DNA of 64,000 nt from an uncultured Alphaproteobacteria bacterium (GTDB lineage: Bacteria > Pseudomonadota > Alphaproteobacteria > HIMB59 > GCA-002718135), in the NCBI GenBank assembly GCA_902572735.1, contig CACGGX010000005.1, positions 10,136-74,135 of the forward strand, given 5' to 3'. Positions within the stretch are counted from its first letter, which is position 1. Every line of letters starts with the position of its first letter. Positions 18,129 to 27,759 of this stretch are shown piece after piece. The translations under genes were made by a program, and so were the position numbers. The notes beneath the pieces were generated by a model, which did no database searches, was not told where the DNA came from, and worked only from the letters and a program-made list of their open reading frames with translations.

Positions 18129-19103
18129 CTACCTTACCCTTCCGCCATGAAATCTATGTCCTAAAATTGCTAATATAATTATTAATCCGTTAAAGAATTG
18201 TCTCCATACTCCGCTCATACCCATAGCCACAACACCAACTTCCATATAAGCTATAACTCCAACTCCAAAAACAGCCCCAACTATAGTTCCAACACCACCC
18301 CAAGTAGGTGTACCTCCAATAAACACTGCAGCCAGAGCAAGTAATAAGTAGCCAAATCCTTGAGTTGGCCACCAAGTAAAATTAATTAAACAAGAAAATA
18401 TTCCTGCAAGCGCCGCACCTAATCCAACATACATAAACGCGCTAATTCTTACCCAGTTAACATTAATTCCCATTTGTGCTGCTGAGTCTGGATTGTCTCC
18501 TACATGATGAATATGAATTCCAAAAACGTGTTTTCTGTAAAGATAATAGGAAAAAATTGTAAACAACGCAGCCCAGTACACTTGCATTGGAACACCGAAA
18601 AGTTTTCCAACTAATACATCGTAGATCCAGTGATCAGAAATTTCCATAAAAGAAATTGATTTACTATCACTAGCTACAAACAAAAAACCTCTTATAAAAA
18701 ATAATGCTCCAAGAGAAGCAACCAAAGATGAAAGGCGTCCGTAAACAACCAAGCATCCCATTAGTATGCCAACTACTGCTCCAGAAAGTATTCCTATAAG
18801 AATACATAATAATGGATCAAGTCCTGCTTTTAATAAAAGAGCAAAAATGTATGCTGACAATCCAAAAGTAGATGCAAAAGACAAGTCTATTTCTCCTGCA
18901 GTAACTAAAAAAACAAGAGGTATAACCATAAACATAATTACTGGAAGCATTACAAAAACAGATTGATGTAAATTTGGTCTCATCATTACTTCTGGAGCTC
19001 CAATTAGGAAAACCAACATTAAAATTATAAAGTAACCTAAGCTTCCTAATGCTCTTCCATTTTTTCCAATTAAATTTTTAAATGTATTTTCTTTGGTACT
19101 CAT
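18129..19103 (-). CDS. CUT2 (ribose-type) sugar ABC transporter permease
   Basis: A 324-aa polytopic protein with RbsC/branched-chain type topology. Confidence 0.85.
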   Translation of the reverse strand: MSTKENTFKNLIGKNGRALGSLGYFIILMLVFLIGAPEVMMRPNLHQSVFVMLPVIMFMVIPLVFLVTAGEIDLSFASTFGLSAYIFALLLKAGLDPLLCILIGILSGAVVGILMGCLVVYGRLSSLVASLGALFFIRGFLFVASDSKSISFMEISDHWIYDVLVGKLFGVPMQVYWAALFTIFSYYLYRKHVFGIHIHHVGDNPDSAAQMGINVNWVRISAFMYVGLGAALAGIFSCLINFTWWPTQGFGYLLLALAAVFIGGTPTWGGVGTIVGAVFGVGVIAYMEVGVVAMGMSGVWRQFFNGLIIILAILGHRFHGGRVR

Positions 19104-19849
19104 TAATGTTTACTCACTGCATCTTTCATAACTTTCATAAGTGCTTCAGGACCCTCAATATCATTTTTATTTAATTGATGAACTACTTCACCTCTGTCTA
19201 AAACAATAAATCTATCAGAAATATCATAGACATGATAAATATTATGACCAATAAATAAAACTGATCTTCCAGATTTTTTAACATTATCTACAAAGTCAAA
19301 AACTTTTTGAGTCTCAATGAGTGAAAGGGCTGTTGTTGGCTCATCCAATACAATTAATTCTGCATTGTTATATATTGCTCTTGCTATTGCTACTCCTTGT
19401 CTTTCACCACCCGATAAATTACCAACAGGTGATTCAGCATCAATTAGTTTTGATGTAAATCCAATTTCTCTAATTAATTTGTTTGCTTCTCTTACTTGTT
19501 CTTTTTCTCTTATAAAACCAAATCTATGTTTTAATTCTTTGCCCATAAAAATATTCCACACTATCGATTGCTGTGGACATAAGGCTCTGTCTTGGAAAAC
19601 AGTTTCTATTCCAGCCTCTCTGGCTTTTGAGGCATTCCAATTTTTAACTTCATTTCCTCTAATTATAATTTGTCCATCATCCGGAGCATGAACACCAACT
19701 AACGTTTTGATTAAGGTGGATTTACCAGCTCCATTATCTCCAATAAGTCCAACAACTTCTCCAACATCAACTTTTATTGATGCTTTTTTTAATGCTGTTA
19801 TTCCGCCAAAACTTTTGGAAACATTTTTAAGTTCTATTATTGCGCTCAT
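19103..19849 (-). CDS. Sugar ABC transporter ATP-binding protein, single-cassette (half-size for CUT2)
   Basis: Walker A GDNGAGKST, signature LSGGERQGVA, Walker B LDEPTTAL. Only one nucleotide-binding domain in 248 aa. Confidence 0.9.
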   Translation of the reverse strand: MSAIIELKNVSKSFGGITALKKASIKVDVGEVVGLIGDNGAGKSTLIKTLVGVHAPDDGQIIIRGNEVKNWNASKAREAGIETVFQDRALCPQQSIVWNIFMGKELKHRFGFIREKEQVREANKLIREIGFTSKLIDAESPVGNLSGGERQGVAIARAIYNNAELIVLDEPTTALSLIETQKVFDFVDNVKKSGRSVLFIGHNIYHVYDISDRFIVLDRGEVVHQLNKNDIEGPEALMKVMKDAVSKH

Positions 19850-19855
19850 ATATGT

Positions 19856-19882
19856 AGCTGATCTACTTACAGTAGATCAGCT
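19856..19882 (-). other. Intra-operon stem-loop after the binding-protein gene
   Basis: agctgatctact-tac-agtagatcagct, a 12-bp perfect stem in the 46-nt spacer. Confidence 0.6.
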
Positions 19883-19895
19883 CTGTTTGATATAT

Positions 19896-20885
19896 TTATC
19901 TTAAACCTGCGTTAGCAAGTTCCATTACTGATTTGTAATTCTCAGTATGTACAAATCCTGCACCAGTATCTTGATTTAATGCTCCAGTTCCAAGAACTTT
20001 CATTTGACATAAAGCAAGTACAGGTAGGTAGCCTTGTAAGAATGGTTGTTGATCAGAAGTTAAATGAACATAACCGTTTTCAAAAGCCGTCATGATTTGT
20101 GGACTAGTATCAAAGCCGATTTGCAATAATTCTCCTGGACCATATCCAGCAGCTTTAGCATATGCTTCAGCATTTCCTAGTTTTTGACCACCATCATGTA
20201 CAATAATTTTTGTATCAGGATTTGCAGCTAGTGCAGCTGAAAATACAGGGATTGCAAGATTTGGATCAGTTGCTTGTTCTGGAGTACCATCTAGAACTAC
20301 AACGTTCATTCCATGTTCTTCAAAAATTATTCTAGCACCATCTTCTCTTTGCGCTCTAGAATAATCTCCAATTGGAACCATTACGATAGCAGTATCACCA
20401 GCTTTAAGATCAAATCTTCTAATTGCTTCTCTTGCTAATTCTTTACCTTGAGTTGCAAGATTTGCACCAACGTATCCACCTCCATAAGCAGCTCTTACTG
20501 CAGGAACATCAACGTTTTGATACATCATTAAGATACCAGCTTCACTAGCCATTTTAGCTAGAGGCATAATTGCATCATCACCAGGGTGACCCATCATACC
20601 AATACCATCAACGCCAGCACCAATTGCTTCTCTTAGTTGTTGAATCATTCTGTCTGATTGCCATTCTGAATAAAGAATTTCTGCATCAGCACCAGTATCT
20701 CTGATAGCATTTTCTGCACCAGTTTGAACTATTCCTGCGAAACCATCGCCTTCAGCTCCACCAGCAAAGAAGTGAATTCTTACATCACTACACCATCCAT
20801 CACCTAAGTTTTTATCAATAGCATAAACTGAACCACTGAAAGAAAAAACGAAGAGTGTTGATAATAAAATTTTTAATATTTTCAT
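19896..20885 (-). CDS. Periplasmic sugar-binding protein (CUT2 / Peripla_BP_4 type)
   Basis: Signal peptide MKILKILLSTLFVFSFSGSVYA. About 330 aa, LacI/RbsB-fold-like. Confidence 0.8.
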   Translation of the reverse strand: MKILKILLSTLFVFSFSGSVYAIDKNLGDGWCSDVRIHFFAGGAEGDGFAGIVQTGAENAIRDTGADAEILYSEWQSDRMIQQLREAIGAGVDGIGMMGHPGDDAIMPLAKMASEAGILMMYQNVDVPAVRAAYGGGYVGANLATQGKELAREAIRRFDLKAGDTAIVMVPIGDYSRAQREDGARIIFEEHGMNVVVLDGTPEQATDPNLAIPVFSAALAANPDTKIIVHDGGQKLGNAEAYAKAAGYGPGELLQIGFDTSPQIMTAFENGYVHLTSDQQPFLQGYLPVLALCQMKVLGTGALNQDTGAGFVHTENYKSVMELANAGLR

Positions 20886-20947
20886 TATTCCTCCCTTGAA
20901 TAAATATAATGTAAGTGAACTTAAAAAATTAAATTAGTAATGTCAAC

Positions 20948-22384
20948 CTAGTAGAGTCTTTTACTAATCCTTTTGGTCTGACCGTGACTATAAACCCCAT
21001 CTACGCCACCATCTCTTCCATAACCTGATCTTTTGTAACCACCACCTGGAAGATTATTTCCATCAACAAACCAATCGTTTTGCCAAATTATTCCTGCTTG
21101 AACTCTATCAGCAGTCCATTTTGCTTTTTGGTCATCTGAGGTAAATACTCCAGAAGCAAGACCGTATTTTGTTGAATTAGCTATACTTATTGCTTCTTCT
21201 TCATCTTCAAAATCAAATATTGATGTTACTGGACCAAATATTTCTTCTTGAGCAATTGTTGCATCAACTTTGACATTATCAAAAATAGTTGGTTGGTAAA
21301 AATTACCATCATCTCTCTCAGCTTTATCTCCACCTATGGTTAAAGTTGCACCAGATTGTACGCCAGATTTTACATAATTTGAGACTCTTTGCATTTGATC
21401 AGTTGATATTAAAGGTGTTACTTCAGTTCCTTCCTCATCACCTGCGCCTATTTTTAATTTTTGCGTTTTTGCAATTAGCTTTGTCATATATTCATCTTTA
21501 ATTTTAGGATGAACAATAACTCTAGACATTGCTACACATATTTGTCCTGCATTTGGTTTAAAAATTCCCTTAACTGTACTATCAACAGCTTTATCGATGT
21601 CAGCATCAGGATAAATTATTGCTGCAGATTTCCCACCTAATTCAAAATGTGTTGGGACAATTCTATCTGCTGTCTCTTTTAATATCTCTGAAGCAACTTC
21701 AGGCGATCCAGTAAAGACAATATAATCACTTCCAGGATGTTGAACTAATTTTCGACCAGTTGTTTCTCCATAACCGTGAACAATATTTATAATTCCTTTT
21801 GGAACACCAACATCCTCAAATATTTGACCATAAAAATTAGAAGATATAGGACAAAGTTCGGGAGGTTTTATTACGATGGTATTTCCGACAATCCAATTCT
21901 GCGCAACCATTCCTGAGAATATAGAAACAGGATAATTCCATGGAACTATTTGAAGCGCTACACCAAAAGGCTCTAAAACTACATAGTTTAATGTATCATG
22001 ACCAGATGGAATTAATTTATTTTCTATTTTATCCGTTAGTCCGGCATAAAAATCAAATGTGTCCGCAGCACCTTTAAATTCATCTACACATTGTTTTATA
22101 GTTTTCCCATTTTCTTGACTTAGAAGTTTTCCACCTTCATCTTTTCGCTCTCTTAATTTTTGAGCTATGGCTCTCATCATTTTTGACTTTTCTTTAGCAT
22201 CCATGTCTACTAAAATTCTTTTATCGAATGCTTTTTTTGCAGCTTGAAAAGCTAAATCAATTTCTTGATCTAATGCTTCATCAATATTACCTACTATTTT
22301 TTGATTAGCAGGATTTAGAACAGGAATGTTTTTTTTTGATAATGAATCAATAAATTTACCGTCAATAAAATTTCTCAACTCCAT
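20948..22384 (-). CDS. NAD(P)-dependent aldehyde dehydrogenase
   Basis: ELGGKSA (catalytic Glu region), GQICVAMSR (catalytic Cys), EEIFGPV. Confidence 0.9.
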   Translation of the reverse strand: MELRNFIDGKFIDSLSKKNIPVLNPANQKIVGNIDEALDQEIDLAFQAAKKAFDKRILVDMDAKEKSKMMRAIAQKLRERKDEGGKLLSQENGKTIKQCVDEFKGAADTFDFYAGLTDKIENKLIPSGHDTLNYVVLEPFGVALQIVPWNYPVSIFSGMVAQNWIVGNTIVIKPPELCPISSNFYGQIFEDVGVPKGIINIVHGYGETTGRKLVQHPGSDYIVFTGSPEVASEILKETADRIVPTHFELGGKSAAIIYPDADIDKAVDSTVKGIFKPNAGQICVAMSRVIVHPKIKDEYMTKLIAKTQKLKIGAGDEEGTEVTPLISTDQMQRVSNYVKSGVQSGATLTIGGDKAERDDGNFYQPTIFDNVKVDATIAQEEIFGPVTSIFDFEDEEEAISIANSTKYGLASGVFTSDDQKAKWTADRVQAGIIWQNDWFVDGNNLPGGGYKRSGYGRDGGVDGVYSHGQTKRISKRLY

Positions 22385-22430
22385 ATTATTAAGTAATTAA
22401 AGCTAAAGTATAAGCTGTGTCAAGAACAGT

Positions 22431-23441
22431 TTAATTATTTGGAACTTGAACCGGAATAAAATAATCTGGATTTTTAGACTTCTTTATAACTGCAGGTATA
22501 ATTTCTTTATAAGCTTGGTATAAAGTTTGTGGTTCTGGCATTTGATCTTTTATAACTTCGTATAATTTAGGAAGATTATATGAAGGTATCATAGGAAACA
22601 TATGGTGTTCAATATGGTATTCCATCTTCCAATAAATAAAACTAAAAATCGGATTAAGTCTAACCGATCTTGTTGATAGTCGGTGATCCTTGGCATTTTC
22701 TTTTAGACCCATGTGTTGAGTCACACCCCAGAGACCATTAATGCCAAAGAATTTTGGAATTAAAAATAAAAATATTGGAAGAAAGGTAGAGAAGTAAATT
22801 GAAGCAGCTATTATTGTGACCCATAGTAAGACAAAAATTCTAGAACTGTTAATACAATCTTTGATTTTATCTTCTGGAATACAATCTTTCATTACATTGG
22901 TTTGAATACCTAAAGCATGTTTTATAATTTCTACATAAAGAGATTTATGAATAGTGAAAAAACCAATTCCGGGAATAAAATTTAAAATAAAACTTAAAAA
23001 TGTATGTTTAGCAAAAATACTCCCATCAACTTCATAGTCATGAGGGTCAACCGAAGCGGTATAGCTGTGGTGAAGAGAATGGCTCCACTTCCATCTAACA
23101 GGTTCAAAATTATTCATAAAACTAGCAATGTTATAGAAGAATTTATTTAACCTTCTATTTTTAAAAGCGGTTCCATGACCACACTCATGCCATATAGCGT
23201 CAGCTCCACCCCACATCGTGCAATAAGCAAGATACGCAGGCACAAACCATAAGCTATTCCATGTATATAGGCATAATGAACACAGGGTCCCTAATGATAG
23301 TACATAAATAATAATATGTTTCCAACCTTCAAAATCTGACCTTTTGGATAGGTTTTTGAGTGTTTTTCTATCAATGTTAGCCTTAAACCATTCCTCTGAA
23401 ATATTGTTTATCCCTGTTTGAATTTTTTTTGTCTCTGACAT
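22431..23441 (-). CDS. Membrane di-iron 'fatty acid desaturase'-family protein (paralog 2)
   Basis: His boxes HECGHG, HSLHH and HIEHHMFP. Collinear with the 14325..15323 product along its full length. Confidence 0.8.
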   Translation of the reverse strand: MSETKKIQTGINNISEEWFKANIDRKTLKNLSKRSDFEGWKHIIIYVLSLGTLCSLCLYTWNSLWFVPAYLAYCTMWGGADAIWHECGHGTAFKNRRLNKFFYNIASFMNNFEPVRWKWSHSLHHSYTASVDPHDYEVDGSIFAKHTFLSFILNFIPGIGFFTIHKSLYVEIIKHALGIQTNVMKDCIPEDKIKDCINSSRIFVLLWVTIIAASIYFSTFLPIFLFLIPKFFGINGLWGVTQHMGLKENAKDHRLSTRSVRLNPIFSFIYWKMEYHIEHHMFPMIPSYNLPKLYEVIKDQMPEPQTLYQAYKEIIPAVIKKSKNPDYFIPVQVPNN

Positions 23442-23552
23442 ATTTTGAATATAAATAATAAATATTTCATATTTTTCCAGTAAAAATCTCTTATTTATTT
23501 TATAACAAATGCGAAATATTTAGGTTATTGAGACAATGATTTTTAAAAATTT

Positions 23553-24848
23553 ATGAATCTTACAATAGTTGGTACTGGTTACGTAGGTTTAGTTACGGGA
23601 GCATGTTTTGCTGAATTTGGTTACTCTGTAACATGTATTGATAAAGATAATGAACGTCTCGAAAAGCTTAAATCTGGTATGTGTCCATTTTTTGAACCTG
23701 GAATGGATGAACTTTTAGATAAGCACATTAATAAAACAAAATTATTATCCTTTGCTTCTAGTGTAAAAAGTAATTTAGATAATGCAGATATTATATTTAT
23801 AACTGTTGGAACTCCTACACGAAGATTGGAGGATGAAGCTGATCTAAGTTTTGTATGGCAAGTTGCAGAAGAAATTTCTGAAAATATAAAAAAATATTGT
23901 TTAGTTGTAACTAAATCAACAGTACCAGTTGGAACCACAAGAGAAGTAAAAAAAATTATTTCAAATAAAGTTGACCAAAAATTTTTTGATGTAGTTTCTA
24001 ATCCTGAATTTTTGCGAGAAGGATCTGCAATTGATGATTTCATCAGGCCAGATAGAGTTGTGATAGGAACAGATAATCAAAAATCTGAAAATATAATGAG
24101 AGAACTTTATAGACCATTATTTCTGAAAGAAACCCCAATTATAGCTACATCAATAGAAACTTCTGAAATAATCAAATATGCATCCAATAGTTTTCTTGCA
24201 ACAAAAATTGCTTTCATAAATGAAGTTGCTGACTTATGTGAAGTAGTGGGAGCTGATGTTCAGCAAGTAGCACGTGGAATGGGTATAGATAAAAGAATTG
24301 GATCTAAATTTTTAAATGCAGGACCTGGGTTTGGCGGCTCGTGTTTTCCAAAGGATGTCAAAGCTTTTGCTTCAACAGCTAAAAAGAAAAATATTGATCT
24401 ATCAATAATTAACGCCGTAAATAAATCAAATCAAGATCGTATAAATAAAATTTCAAATAAAATTATTTCAAAAATAAAAAATAATTCTACAGTTACTTTT
24501 CTTGGTCTAAGCTTTAAACCTAATACAGATGACGTAAGGGATTCTACATCGATGAAAATTGCATCAACAATTTTTGAAAAAGGAATTAAAGTTCAATGTT
24601 ATGATCCTGAAGCAATGGATAATGCTAAAAAAGAGAATTCTAATCTTATCTTATTTAACTCTGCATACGAAGCTTGTGAAGGGTCGTCTGCAATAATTAT
24701 TGGAACAGAATGGAATGAATTCAGAGCATTAAATTTTGAAAAAATATCCAAATTATTAAAAGAAAAAATTATTTTTGATCTAAGAAATATTTATATTCCA
24801 GAAAATTTAAAAGAAATGGGATATGAATACTATGGAACAGGTAAATAA
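23553..24848 (+). CDS. ugd: UDP-glucose 6-dehydrogenase
   Basis: IVGTGYVGLVTGACFAEFG, catalytic GGSCFPKD, and a C-terminal UDP-binding domain. Confidence 0.9.
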   Translation: MNLTIVGTGYVGLVTGACFAEFGYSVTCIDKDNERLEKLKSGMCPFFEPGMDELLDKHINKTKLLSFASSVKSNLDNADIIFITVGTPTRRLEDEADLSFVWQVAEEISENIKKYCLVVTKSTVPVGTTREVKKIISNKVDQKFFDVVSNPEFLREGSAIDDFIRPDRVVIGTDNQKSENIMRELYRPLFLKETPIIATSIETSEIIKYASNSFLATKIAFINEVADLCEVVGADVQQVARGMGIDKRIGSKFLNAGPGFGGSCFPKDVKAFASTAKKKNIDLSIINAVNKSNQDRINKISNKIISKIKNNSTVTFLGLSFKPNTDDVRDSTSMKIASTIFEKGIKVQCYDPEAMDNAKKENSNLILFNSAYEACEGSSAIIIGTEWNEFRALNFEKISKLLKEKIIFDLRNIYIPENLKEMGYEYYGTGK

Positions 24849-26238
24849 ATTGGAAATTGAGAATTTCGATCATGAAGTTTTAAGAGAGTATGATATCCGA
24901 GGTGTAGTTGGTAACAATATCAATCAAAACACCGCATATACTATTGGGAGAACATTTGCCTACACAGTAATTAATCGATTAAAATCTAACATAATTGCTA
25001 CAGGTTACGATGGAAGATTAACCTCACCAGATTTACATAAAGCACTATGTGAAGGTTTAAAAGATTCAGGTGCTAAAGTAATTAATATTGGTATGGGGCC
25101 GACACCTATGACTTACTTTGCTCATTACTATCTTAATGCTGATGCTGCTATTATGGTAACAGGCTCTCATAATCCCTCAGAATACAATGGCTTTAAAATG
25201 GTTTTAAATAAGCATTCTTTTTATGCCGAAGACATTCAAAGCCTTCAAAAATTAATTGATCAAAATGATTTAAAATTAATCGAAGGTGAGATCATTAATC
25301 AAGATATTAAAATTGAATATACCAAAAGATTATTACAAAATATTAATCTCAATAAAAAAATAAAAATTGCTTGGGATATTGGTAATGGTGCAATGGGAGC
25401 TGTCATTAAAGAAGTTGCAAACAATTTAAATAATTCAGAAAATATATTAATTAATGAAGAAGTTGATGGAAATTTCCCTAATCATCATCCAGATCCAACT
25501 GTTCCAAAAAATATGGAGCAATTAATAAAGTCAGTCAAAGATAACAGTTGTGACATAGGTCTAGCTTTTGATGGAGATGGAGATCGTTTGGGTGTTGTAG
25601 ACAACTTAGGGAATTTAGTTTGGGCAGATCAGTACATGTTATTACTATGCACAGAAATTGCTAACTTATACGATAACCCAAAAATAATTATGGATGTTAA
25701 ATGTAGTAAAGTTTTTTTTGATGAAGCAAAAAAACTTAATTGCGATCCTATTATGTCGAAAACGGGACATTCTCCAATAAAAGAAAAAATGAAAGAATTA
25801 AAATCGCCTTTATCAGGAGAAATGAGTGGTCATGTATGTTATGCTGATGATTTTTATGGTTATGATGATGCAATGTATGTTGCATTACGCTTATTGCGAA
25901 TATTATGTAATCAAGAAAAATCCTTGAATGAGTTAATTAATATATATCCTAAAACTTATTCAACGCCAGAAACAAGGTTTGATGTAGATGAAACAAAAAA
26001 ATTTTTAATAATTGAAGAAATAAAAGAAAGAATAATAAATACAGAAGGTAAAATAATAGATATTGACGGTATAAGAGTCGAAAATGATGATGGATGGTTT
26101 CTAATGAGAGCTAGTAATACCCAAAACCAACTAACTTGTAGAGCAGAGTCTACTTCTCAAGAAGGTCTTAAGTCTTTGATAGCAATTATCGAAAATCAGT
26201 TATCTTTAAGTGGTGTAAATTATAAGTTTACAGTCTAA
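24823..26238 (+). CDS. Phosphomannomutase/phosphoglucomutase
   Basis: Active-site TGSHNPSEYNGFK and metal loop FDGDGDRLG. The start is uncertain (24823 or 24832). Confidence 0.9.
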   Translation: MNTMEQVNKLEIENFDHEVLREYDIRGVVGNNINQNTAYTIGRTFAYTVINRLKSNIIATGYDGRLTSPDLHKALCEGLKDSGAKVINIGMGPTPMTYFAHYYLNADAAIMVTGSHNPSEYNGFKMVLNKHSFYAEDIQSLQKLIDQNDLKLIEGEIINQDIKIEYTKRLLQNINLNKKIKIAWDIGNGAMGAVIKEVANNLNNSENILINEEVDGNFPNHHPDPTVPKNMEQLIKSVKDNSCDIGLAFDGDGDRLGVVDNLGNLVWADQYMLLLCTEIANLYDNPKIIMDVKCSKVFFDEAKKLNCDPIMSKTGHSPIKEKMKELKSPLSGEMSGHVCYADDFYGYDDAMYVALRLLRILCNQEKSLNELINIYPKTYSTPETRFDVDETKKFLIIEEIKERIINTEGKIIDIDGIRVENDDGWFLMRASNTQNQLTCRAESTSQEGLKSLIAIIENQLSLSGVNYKFTV

Positions 26239-27340
26239 CAAAACAATCACGATTATATTTTTTCAGTCTTTTACAGGCTGTATACGCTTCTTTTTTAGTA
26301 AAATTTTCAAATCTAGATTCATAAAGTTGTTTACCGCTAACTTTTATCAGCACAACATTTGAAATTTTATCTGTAGTCGAAACTGGATATTTACTCTTAA
26401 TTAATTTGATTTGTTTTTCTGCATTATTTCTATACTTAAATGTTCCAACAACAATGGAATAAGCATTTTTTTTCTTTTCAATTTTTTGGTTTGCAGTCTC
26501 GTCTTTTTTAACTATTTTTTTATTACTACTTTTTGTCTTAATATTTAATTCAGCAAATTCTTTATCCATTATTATTTTTAAAGATTTGTTCCGTTGGCTT
26601 CCTGTATCACCTCCAAAAATAATTCCTATTAATCTCTTATCATCTCTAACAGCAGAAAAAGCTAACTGAAAACCAGATGCTTTTATATATCCAGTTTTAA
26701 TTCCATCAGCGCCATCGTAGCTTAACATTAATTTATTATGCGTTTTGTAAGTCTTACCCTTATAAGTAAATTTTGTTTTGCTAAACAATTTATATTCTTC
26801 TGGAAAATTTGAAATTAGTGCATGTGAAAGTTTTGCTATATCTCTTGCAGTTGTTAATTGTGCTCTATTGGGAAGACCTGACGCATTTTTAAATGTTGTA
26901 TTATTCATGCCTAAATTTTTTGCATAGCGTGTCATAAGTTTAGCGAACTCTTTTTCACTGCCTGATATATTTTCAGAAACTACAGTTGCTACATCATTTG
27001 CTGATTTAATTATAAGTGCATTAATTGCATCTCTAACTTTTATACTTGATCCTGCTTCTAAATAAAGTTTGCTTGGTGATCTTGAAGCAGCAATATTTGA
27101 TACACTTAATTGACTATCATAACTAAGCTTTCCTTTATTAATATAATCAAACACTATGTAGAGAGTCATTATTTTTGTTAAGGATGCTGGATAATTCCTC
27201 GTATCGGCGTTAATTTCGAATAATACTTCTTCTGTGTCAAAATCAATAACGATTGCTGCTTTTTTAGCAAAAAGATTTGATGAAAAACCTAATATTAAAA
27301 AGCTATTTAAAATTATGATTAATAATAAATTTTTTTTCAT
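26228..27340 (-). CDS. D-alanyl-D-alanine carboxypeptidase (S11, PBP5/6-like) with a C-terminal SPOR domain
   Basis: Signal peptide, then SLTK (SxxK), SAND (SxN) and KTG. The C-terminal YSIVVGTFKYRNNAEK... is SPOR-like. Confidence 0.85.
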   Translation of the reverse strand: MKKNLLLIIILNSFLILGFSSNLFAKKAAIVIDFDTEEVLFEINADTRNYPASLTKIMTLYIVFDYINKGKLSYDSQLSVSNIAASRSPSKLYLEAGSSIKVRDAINALIIKSANDVATVVSENISGSEKEFAKLMTRYAKNLGMNNTTFKNASGLPNRAQLTTARDIAKLSHALISNFPEEYKLFSKTKFTYKGKTYKTHNKLMLSYDGADGIKTGYIKASGFQLAFSAVRDDKRLIGIIFGGDTGSQRNKSLKIIMDKEFAELNIKTKSSNKKIVKKDETANQKIEKKKNAYSIVVGTFKYRNNAEKQIKLIKSKYPVSTTDKISNVVLIKVSGKQLYESRFENFTKKEAYTACKRLKKYNRDCFVRL

Positions 27341-27423
27341 TTTTTCTTGATTAACATAAGATTTTCGATGCTTTCAAACAGAAAAATACTTTAAAATATT
27401 CTAAAACATATTATTTAAGAAAT

Positions 27424-27759
27424 ATGGCAAATGAAGATCAAAATAATAACAATAATAAGGACGATTTTCAAAGAGGCCTTTTATTAGATACAAAGCCTAA
27501 GACAAAAAAACCATCCATGTATAATGTTCTACTTTTAAATGATGACTATACCCCAATGGAGTTTGTTGTTATGGTGTTAGAAAAAATATTTAATAAAAAA
27601 CAAGAGGAGGCTACACAAATCATGCTCCATGTTCACAAAAATGGTATTGGTGTTTGTGGAACATTTACTTATGAAGTGGCTGAGTCTAAATGTAAATCAG
27701 TAATGGATATGGCAAAAAAAAATGAACATCCTTTACAATGCACAATGGAAAAAAGTTAA
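27424..27759 (+). CDS. clpS: ATP-dependent Clp protease adaptor ClpS
   Basis: [21 protein letters not shown] core. Sits directly upstream of clpA. Confidence 0.95.
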   Translation: MANEDQNNNNNKDDFQRGLLLDTKPKTKKPSMYNVLLLNDDYTPMEFVVMVLEKIFNKKQEEATQIMLHVHKNGIGVCGTFTYEVAESKCKSVMDMAKKNEHPLQCTMEKS

